Assembly (NCBI GenBank): GCA_030614245.1
Contig: JAUWKK010000001.1
Coordinates: 1-33,837, forward strand
Source of the DNA: Planctomycetota bacterium
Lineage (GTDB): Bacteria > Planctomycetota > PUPC01 > JABMSA01 > JAUWKK01
Length of the DNA stretch: 33,837 bases
Direction of reading: 5' to 3'
Below, in pieces: positions 25,356-33,837 of the stretch (position 1 is its first letter; each line of letters begins with the position of its first letter). Under the pieces are notes generated by a model. That model was not told the DNA's origin, made no database searches, and worked only from the letters and a program-made list of their open reading frames with translations. Made by a program: the position numbers and the translations under genes.

Positions 25356-25378
25356 AGCCTTTATCCTTATACCACTGC

Positions 25379-25657
25379 CTAGATGACCTCGATGGTGTCA
25401 TCAGGTGCAAGCTTGATGATGGCTTTCTTCCAACTGCGCCGGCGTCCCACCTTGTATCGCTGGCGTCGAAGCTTCCCCCGCTTGCGCATCGTCTGCACCG
25501 AGACCACCTTGACATCGAATATCTCTTCGATTGCTCTCCTGATCTCGATCTTGTTCGCCCGCTTGTCCACCTCGAAGCTGTACTGCTGGTCTTCCTGGCT
25601 TCCGAGGCTCTTCTCGGTGACTATCGGGCGGAGTATTATCTGTCTTGGGTCCTTCAT
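25379..25657 (-). CDS. rplW: 50S ribosomal protein L23
   Basis: 92 aa; [10 protein letters not shown] and [24 protein letters not shown]. Confidence 0.96.
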   Translation of the reverse strand: MKDPRQIILRPIVTEKSLGSQEDQQYSFEVDKRANKIEIRRAIEEIFDVKVVSVQTMRKRGKLRRQRYKVGRRRSWKKAIIKLAPDDTIEVI

Positions 25658-26313
25658 TCGGCATTCTCTCCCGAGCCGGCCTGCACTTCGGATGCCAGGC
25701 GCTGAATCACCTTGTCGAGCGCTGCTCGGGTCAAGAGCACATTCTTGCGAAGCAGCACATCGTGGGCGTTGATGTCGGAGACGGCCTTGAGGTCGACTTT
25801 CGGGATATTCCGCGCCGATTTGTAAGCGGCCGTGTTATGCTCTTCGATGGCGACGAGACACGAGCCGCCGATCTTCAGGTTCGCCAGCGTCGCCGCCATC
25901 TCGCTCGTCTTCGGCTCGGCGAAATTCAGCTCGTCGATGACCAGTACCTCTTTGTCGATCATCTTGCCCAGCAGTGCCGACTGCAGAGCGGCCCGGAGAG
26001 CCTTTCGAGGCATTCGATAGTGATAGTCCCTGGGACGCGGGCCGAAGGCGTTCGCGCCGCCCCGCATTCCTGATACTTTCGCCGCCCCGTGCCGCGCGCG
26101 ACCGGTGCCTTTCTGGCGATACATCTTCGCGCCGCTCCTTACGATCTCGGCTCGGGTCTTGATCGACGACGTGCCTTGACGCCTGTTGGCTTCATACATC
26201 CGGGCCGCGTCGTGCAGCAGGCGCTTCTTTACGATACCGCCGAGTTGCTGCTCGTCGATCTCGATCGTATCAATCTGCTCGCCTGAGCGGTTATACACTG
26301 ACAGTTGCAACAC
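25654..26313 (-). CDS. rplD: 50S ribosomal protein L4
   Basis: 219 aa; YRQKGTGRARHG and GGANAFGPRPRDY. GTG start with GGAG 7 nt upstream. Confidence 0.96.
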   Translation of the reverse strand: MLQLSVYNRSGEQIDTIEIDEQQLGGIVKKRLLHDAARMYEANRRQGTSSIKTRAEIVRSGAKMYRQKGTGRARHGAAKVSGMRGGANAFGPRPRDYHYRMPRKALRAALQSALLGKMIDKEVLVIDELNFAEPKTSEMAATLANLKIGGSCLVAIEEHNTAAYKSARNIPKVDLKAVSDINAHDVLLRKNVLLTRAALDKVIQRLASEVQAGSGENAE

Positions 26314-26352
26314 TTTCGTTCTCCGGCGGTCCTCCGCCTTCTCCGGCGGCGA

Positions 26353-26661
26353 TTATGCCTTTATTCGAATGTCCACGCCGGCCGGCATACTGAGCCGCCC
26401 AAGTGCGTCCATAGTCTGAGCGTTCGGGTCGTCAATGTCGATAAGTCGTTTGTGCGTGCGGATTTCAAACTGCTCGCGCGATTTCTTGTTGACGTGGGGG
26501 GACCTGAGCACAGTGTAGCGCTCGATCCGCGTGGGCAACGGCACCGGGCCGTGCACCTGCACGCCGGTTCGCTTGACAGCGTCAATGATCTGCAATGCCG
26601 ACTGATCGAGCACCTCGTGGTCGTAGGCCTCCATTCGGATTCTGACCTTCTGAACGGCCAT
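26353..26661 (-). CDS. rpsJ: 30S ribosomal protein S10
   Basis: [21 protein letters not shown] and [15 protein letters not shown]. The second ATG (26661) has better SD spacing than the ORF-track ATG at 26667. Confidence 0.96.
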   Translation of the reverse strand: MAVQKVRIRMEAYDHEVLDQSALQIIDAVKRTGVQVHGPVPLPTRIERYTVLRSPHVNKKSREQFEIRTHKRLIDIDDPNAQTMDALGRLSMPAGVDIRIKA

Positions 26662-26702
26662 TTGCATCCCCTGTCTGCCTGAGTTTCTCCAAACCTCTTA
26701 CG

Positions 26703-27914
26703 CTATTCAATCACCTTGGTACAGACGCCTGCACCGACGGTGCGTCCACCCTCGCGGATGGCAAAGCGCATGTTGTCTTCCACCGCAATCGGCGTAATCA
26801 GCTCTATGTGCACCGTCACCGTATCGCCCGGGATCACCATCTCGGTGTCGCCCGTCAGCGTCACGCTGCCGGTTACGTCCGTGGTGCGGACGTAGAACTG
26901 CGGCCGGTAGCCCGTGAAGAACGGTGTGTGCCGACCGCCTTCTTCTTTCGTCAGCACGTATACTTCGGCTTCCCACTTTGTGTGAGGCGTGATGCTGCCC
27001 GGCTTCGCTATCACCTGGCCGCGAAGAAGTGCGTCCTTCTCTACGCCGCGGAGCAGAAGCCCTACGTTGTCGCCGGCGATTCCTTCCTCGAGCGTCTTGT
27101 TGAACATCTCGACGCCCGTGCACACCGTCTTGTGCGTCTCGCTAAGCCCAACGATCTCGACCTCGTCACCGACGTGGATCTTCCCCCGTTCGATGCGCCC
27201 GGTTCCGACAGTTCCGCGGCCCTTGATGCTGAAGATGTCTTCCACCGGCAGCAGGAACGGCTTGTCGACCTCCCGAACCGGCTCGGGAATGTACTCGTCG
27301 ATCGCCTCGAGCAGTTCGAGTATGCATTGCTGCTCGGGAGCCGTCCCGTCGCCCTCGCTGCGCATCGCGGCAAGGGCAGCACCCTTGATGATCGGTATTT
27401 CTTCTCCAGGGTAGTCGTAGCTCGTCAGTAGGTCGCGAAGCTCCATCTCGACCAGTTCGATAAGCTCGGGATCGTCGACGAGGTCCGTCTTGTTCAGGAA
27501 CACGACGATGCGGGGCACGTTCACCTGTCGTGCCAGCAGGATGTGCTCGCGCGTCTGCGGCATGGGCCCGTCGTCGGCCGCGACGACGAGGATCGCACCG
27601 TCCATCTGCGCCGCGCCCGTTATCATATTTTTAATGTAATCGGCGTGGCCGGGGCAGTCTACATGAGCGTAGTGCCGCTTCTGGGTCTCATACTCCACGT
27701 GCGAGGTCGCGATCGTCAGAATCTTGAACTCGTCCCGCCGCCCGTGGGCCTCCGACGCCCTCGCTACCTCGTCATACGTCTTTTTCGTCGCCATACCCTT
27801 GGTGGCCAGCACCATAGTGATGGCGCTCGTCAGGGTCGTCTTGCCGTGATCGATGTGGCCGATCGTTCCTACGTTTACGTGCGGTTTCGTCCGCTTGAAT
27901 ACATCCTTCGCCAT
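26703..27914 (-). CDS. tuf: Elongation factor Tu (divergent switch I segment)
   Basis: 403 aa; [17 protein letters not shown] and NKTD motifs. Confidence 0.98.
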   Translation of the reverse strand: MAKDVFKRTKPHVNVGTIGHIDHGKTTLTSAITMVLATKGMATKKTYDEVARASEAHGRRDEFKILTIATSHVEYETQKRHYAHVDCPGHADYIKNMITGAAQMDGAILVVAADDGPMPQTREHILLARQVNVPRIVVFLNKTDLVDDPELIELVEMELRDLLTSYDYPGEEIPIIKGAALAAMRSEGDGTAPEQQCILELLEAIDEYIPEPVREVDKPFLLPVEDIFSIKGRGTVGTGRIERGKIHVGDEVEIVGLSETHKTVCTGVEMFNKTLEEGIAGDNVGLLLRGVEKDALLRGQVIAKPGSITPHTKWEAEVYVLTKEEGGRHTPFFTGYRPQFYVRTTDVTGSVTLTGDTEMVIPGDTVTVHIELITPIAVEDNMRFAIREGGRTVGAGVCTKVIE

Positions 27915-27952
27915 CGAATTATATCCTCCGCATTAGAATGCCTGAGATCGGC

Positions 27953-30067
27953 TCAGGCGACAATCATCTTGCTTACCCGTTCGGGGACGGGTGCATAGGT
28001 GCAGGGTTCCATCGAGTATGTGGCCCGTCCCTGTGAGAGCGAGCGTATCACCGTCGCGTAACCGAACATCTCACTAAGAGGTACCGTTCCATGCACGACT
28101 CGGACACCGGACCTGATACTCATTTCATCGATCTGCGCGCGCCTCCCGTGCAGGTCGTTGACGATGTCGCCGAGGTTCTGTTCGGGCACCATTACTTCGA
28201 GGCTCATGATGGGTTCGAGCAGGACAGGCTGTGCGCATTCGACAGCTTCGCTGGCGGCCCACGATGCGGCGGCGACGAAGGCGACTTCGGTTGAATCGGT
28301 TTCGTGTGCCCGTCCGCCGATGAGGGCGATCTTTACACCCACCATTTCATATGAGGCGAGCGGCCCACTTGCCACGGCCGAGCGGGCTCCATCTTCGATC
28401 GCCGGCAGAAACTCCTTCGGAATCTCGTCGCCGGTCTGCTCGTTTTTGAAAATTATCTCCGAACCGCCCTCGAGCGGCTCCACGCGCAGTTGTACTACGG
28501 CGAACTGATTCTTGCCGCCTGTGACCTGATCGTATTCGGCGGCGGCGGTCGATCCGATGGTGATAGTTTCCTTGTATGAGACGCGCGGCCTGCCGACGTT
28601 GGCATCGACGCCGAAGTCGGTGAGCATCCTGTGCTTGAGCACTTCGAGGTGAAGTTCGCCCATTCCGCAGATGATGGTCTGGCCGGTTTCGTCGTCGATT
28701 TTCTGCTCGAAGGTGGGATCTTCTTTCGCGAGCCTCTTGAGGACGTCGGCGAGCTTGTCGCGATCCGCCGTACTTCTCGGTTCGATAGCCATCGAGACGA
28801 CCGTGCGCGGGAACTTCATCTGCTCGAAGACGATGGGCTTTTTCGGATCGCAGAGCGTGTCGCCGGTTACGGTGAACTTGAGCCCTGAGACGCCGACGAT
28901 GTCGCCGGCGACGGCTTCTGTTGCCTGCTGGCGTTCGTCGGCGTGGAGCCGCCATATTGCGGAGATGCGTTCCTTTCGGTCGCGTGTGGCGTTCTGGATT
29001 CTGGTGCCGGATTTAAGCGTGCCGGAGTAGATTCTGAGGAAGGTGAGGTCTCCGTATCCGTCGCTGGCGATTTTGAAGGCGAGGGCGGAGAGCGGCTGGT
29101 TTGGCGTCGTGCGCCGTTCGGCTTTCTCGTCGGAATCGGGCAGAAGGCCCTGGGCCGGCGGGAGGTCGTTGGGCGCCGGCAGCAGATCGCAGACGGCGTC
29201 GAGCAGCGGCTGGATGCCGATATTCTTGAGTGCCGATCCGCACAGCACAGCCGTGATTCTGTTGGCGAGGGTTGCCTCGCGCATTGCGCGGATGATCTCG
29301 TCTTCGGTTATGGGCTCGTCGTGAAGATACTTATCGGCGAACCAATCGACGGCGTCGGCGAGTTTTTCAATGAGCACTTCGCGGTGAAGTTCCGCGTCGT
29401 CCCGGTATTCTTCGGGGATTTCGCGCCGCTCGAACTTCTCGCCCTGCGAGGCTTCGTCGTAGTAGATCGCCTTGCGGCGGACGAGGTCGACGTGGGCGAT
29501 GAAGCGGTTATCCTCGCAGATGGGTATCTGTATCGGAACGGGGTTCGCGCCGAGCCGTTCGCGCATTGATTCGACGGAGTCGTCGAAGTTAGCGCCCGGG
29601 CGATCCATCTTATTCAGGAAGGCAATACGGGGGACATCATAGCGGTCGGCCTGCCGCCAGACGGTTTCGCTTTGCGCCTCGACGCCGCTGACGGCGTCAA
29701 AGACGGCGCTCATGCCATCGAGGACGCGCAGCGAGCGTTCGACCTCGGCCGTGAAATCGACGTGGCCGGGGGTGTCGACGATGTTGATGATGTAACCGCG
29801 CCATTGGACGGAGCTGGCGGCGGCGGTGATTGTTATGCCGCGCTTGCGCTCTTCTTCCATCCAGTCCATTACGGCGGTTCCGTCGTGGACTTCGCCCATG
29901 CGGTGTTCCTTGCCCGTGTAGAAGAGGATTCTCTCGGTCACGGTGGTCTTACCGGCGTCGATATGCGCTGCGATGCCGATATTCCTCTTGAACTTGATGT
30001 CCGCTGGGCTCATCATCGGTCGGCAGTCCCGTTTATGCCTTACAGTTTTTGTTGCGGTTGGCGTCAT
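27953..30067 (-). CDS. fusA: Elongation factor G
   Basis: RNIGIAAHIDAGKTT, DTPGHVDF and NKMDR motifs. The start is uncertain. The ATG at 30067 lies 3 nt after the rpsG stop. The internal ATG-ATG at 30016 gives a more typical N-terminal length. Confidence 0.96.
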   Translation of the reverse strand: MTPTATKTVRHKRDCRPMMSPADIKFKRNIGIAAHIDAGKTTVTERILFYTGKEHRMGEVHDGTAVMDWMEEERKRGITITAAASSVQWRGYIINIVDTPGHVDFTAEVERSLRVLDGMSAVFDAVSGVEAQSETVWRQADRYDVPRIAFLNKMDRPGANFDDSVESMRERLGANPVPIQIPICEDNRFIAHVDLVRRKAIYYDEASQGEKFERREIPEEYRDDAELHREVLIEKLADAVDWFADKYLHDEPITEDEIIRAMREATLANRITAVLCGSALKNIGIQPLLDAVCDLLPAPNDLPPAQGLLPDSDEKAERRTTPNQPLSALAFKIASDGYGDLTFLRIYSGTLKSGTRIQNATRDRKERISAIWRLHADERQQATEAVAGDIVGVSGLKFTVTGDTLCDPKKPIVFEQMKFPRTVVSMAIEPRSTADRDKLADVLKRLAKEDPTFEQKIDDETGQTIICGMGELHLEVLKHRMLTDFGVDANVGRPRVSYKETITIGSTAAAEYDQVTGGKNQFAVVQLRVEPLEGGSEIIFKNEQTGDEIPKEFLPAIEDGARSAVASGPLASYEMVGVKIALIGGRAHETDSTEVAFVAAASWAASEAVECAQPVLLEPIMSLEVMVPEQNLGDIVNDLHGRRAQIDEMSIRSGVRVVHGTVPLSEMFGYATVIRSLSQGRATYSMEPCTYAPVPERVSKMIVA

Positions 30068-30070
30068 CTA

Positions 30071-30544
30071 TTACCATGCAAAGTGGGCAAACGCTTTGTT
30101 TGCTTCAGCCATTCGATGCGTATTCTCGCGGACGGTTATGGCGGCGCCTTCTTTGCGATATGCGTCACAGATTTCGTTCGCCAGTTTTTCGGCCATCGGC
30201 TTGCCTTTTCGTTTTCGTATGGCGGTGAGCACCCATCGCATTGCTAAGGACATCTGCCGCTTGGCGTTTACGGGCATCGGCACCTGATACGAGGCGCCGC
30301 CGACGCGCTTGGAGCGGACTTCGACCAGCGGCTTGACGTTGTTGAGCGCCTGGTCGAAGACTTCGTTGGGTGCGGCGCCCCTGATGCGCTCGGCCACGAT
30401 GTCCATCGCGCTGTAGAAGACGCGTTCGGCCGTGGCCTTCTTGCCGTCGCGCATCAGGCAGTTGATGAACTTCGCGATGACCCGGCTGTGGTATCTCGCG
30501 TCCGGCTTGAGAAAACGTTCGGTCGATTCGAATTTTTTCGCCAT
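30071..30544 (-). CDS. rpsG: 30S ribosomal protein S7
   Basis: 157 aa from the ATG at 30544 (MAKKFESTERFLKPDARYHS). The ORF-track start at 30733 overlaps rpsL. Confidence 0.96.
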   Translation of the reverse strand: MAKKFESTERFLKPDARYHSRVIAKFINCLMRDGKKATAERVFYSAMDIVAERIRGAAPNEVFDQALNNVKPLVEVRSKRVGGASYQVPMPVNAKRQMSLAMRWVLTAIRKRKGKPMAEKLANEICDAYRKEGAAITVRENTHRMAEANKAFAHFAW

Positions 30545-30578
30545 AATTGATGACTCCCGGAGCGGCTTCGCAGGAAGC

Positions 30579-30950
30579 TTACTTGGGTGTCTTTGCTCCG
30601 TATTTCGAACGAGATTGCCGTCGGCCTTCAACACCGTCGACGTCATAAACACCGCGTACGATGTGATATCTGACGCCGGGGAGGTCGCGAACACGGCCCC
30701 CGCGCACGAGTACGAGAGAGTGTTCCTGGACATTGTGCTGCTCGCCCGGGATATATGCAGTAACTTCGCGGCCGTTGGTAAGCCTGACGCGCGCTACTTT
30801 TCTGAGGGCGGAGTTGGGCTTCTTGGGAGCGCGTGTCATCTGCTGGAGGCAGACTCCTTTTCGCTGCGGGCATTTCTGAAGATCGGGGCGCTTCGAGCGG
30901 TTCTTGATCTTCTTGCGCCCTTTCCGGATGAGCTGGTTGATTGTCGGCAT
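30579..30950 (-). CDS. rpsL: 30S ribosomal protein S12
   Basis: 123 aa; [12 protein letters not shown] and [19 protein letters not shown]. The wild-type Lys-Lys of the streptomycin-resistance hotspot is retained. Confidence 0.98.
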   Translation of the reverse strand: MPTINQLIRKGRKKIKNRSKRPDLQKCPQRKGVCLQQMTRAPKKPNSALRKVARVRLTNGREVTAYIPGEQHNVQEHSLVLVRGGRVRDLPGVRYHIVRGVYDVDGVEGRRQSRSKYGAKTPK

Positions 30951-30971
30951 TTCTCGCTCCGTTCTATGGTT

Positions 30972-33837
<2,866 letters not shown>

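Noticed and set aside
24255-25382. 375-aa plus-strand ORF across rpsS and rplB
   Set aside because: It is antisense to L2 and S19. It is a shadow ORF rich in Ala, Arg and Gly.
26314-26352. A hidden or degenerate rplC remnant between rpsJ and rplD
   Set aside because: Only 39 nt are available, and nothing L3-like appears in any frame.
30579-30950. Streptomycin-resistance alleles in rpsL
   Set aside because: The [10 protein letters not shown] segment is wild type.

Overview
High-GC (about 60%) bacterial chromosomal segment. It may come from a Planctomycetota/PVC-like lineage, judging by protein style and a divergent EF-Tu, but I cannot verify that here. The window is almost entirely core housekeeping.

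Plus strand, 1-6930: one tightly packed unit of apbE (3' end), DUF1015, a class V (AGXT-type) aminotransferase, serA, a short ArgA-like GNAT, a DUF502 membrane protein and a secreted TPR protein.

Minus strand, 6984-33837: about 27 kb of colinear transcription/translation genes in the order rpoC (partial), rpsL, rpsG, fusA, tuf, rpsJ, rplD, rplW, rplB, rpsS, rplV, rpsC, rplP, rpmC, rpsQ, rplN, rplX, rplE, rpsN, rpsH, rplF, rplR, rpsE, rplO, secY, adk, map, infA, rpmJ, rpsM, rpsK, rpsD, rpoA, rplQ, tRNA-Val, thrS, infC, rpmI, rplT, pheS.

I see no defence island, toxin-antitoxin pair, CRISPR array, prophage or transposase, and no convincing novel multi-gene system.

The points worth a second look are modest:
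- rplC (L3) is missing from its near-universal slot between rpsJ and rplD. rpmD and pheT are also absent from their usual positions.
- A MITE-like element with terminal inverted repeats occurs twice. One copy is fused onto the 3' end of the aminotransferase ORF; the other sits inside the ribosomal cluster between map and infA.
- A 15-unit heptanucleotide tandem array lies between DUF1015 and the aminotransferase.
- A DUF1015 gene is embedded in a non-canonical serine-pathway context.
- A tRNA-Val(GAC) with C instead of U at position 33 sits 16 nt upstream of the thrS ORF.
- Short GC-rich hairpins recur in intergenic spacers.
- Several ORF-track starts are over-extended and are corrected below. 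The long antisense ORFs are GC-driven shadow ORFs.
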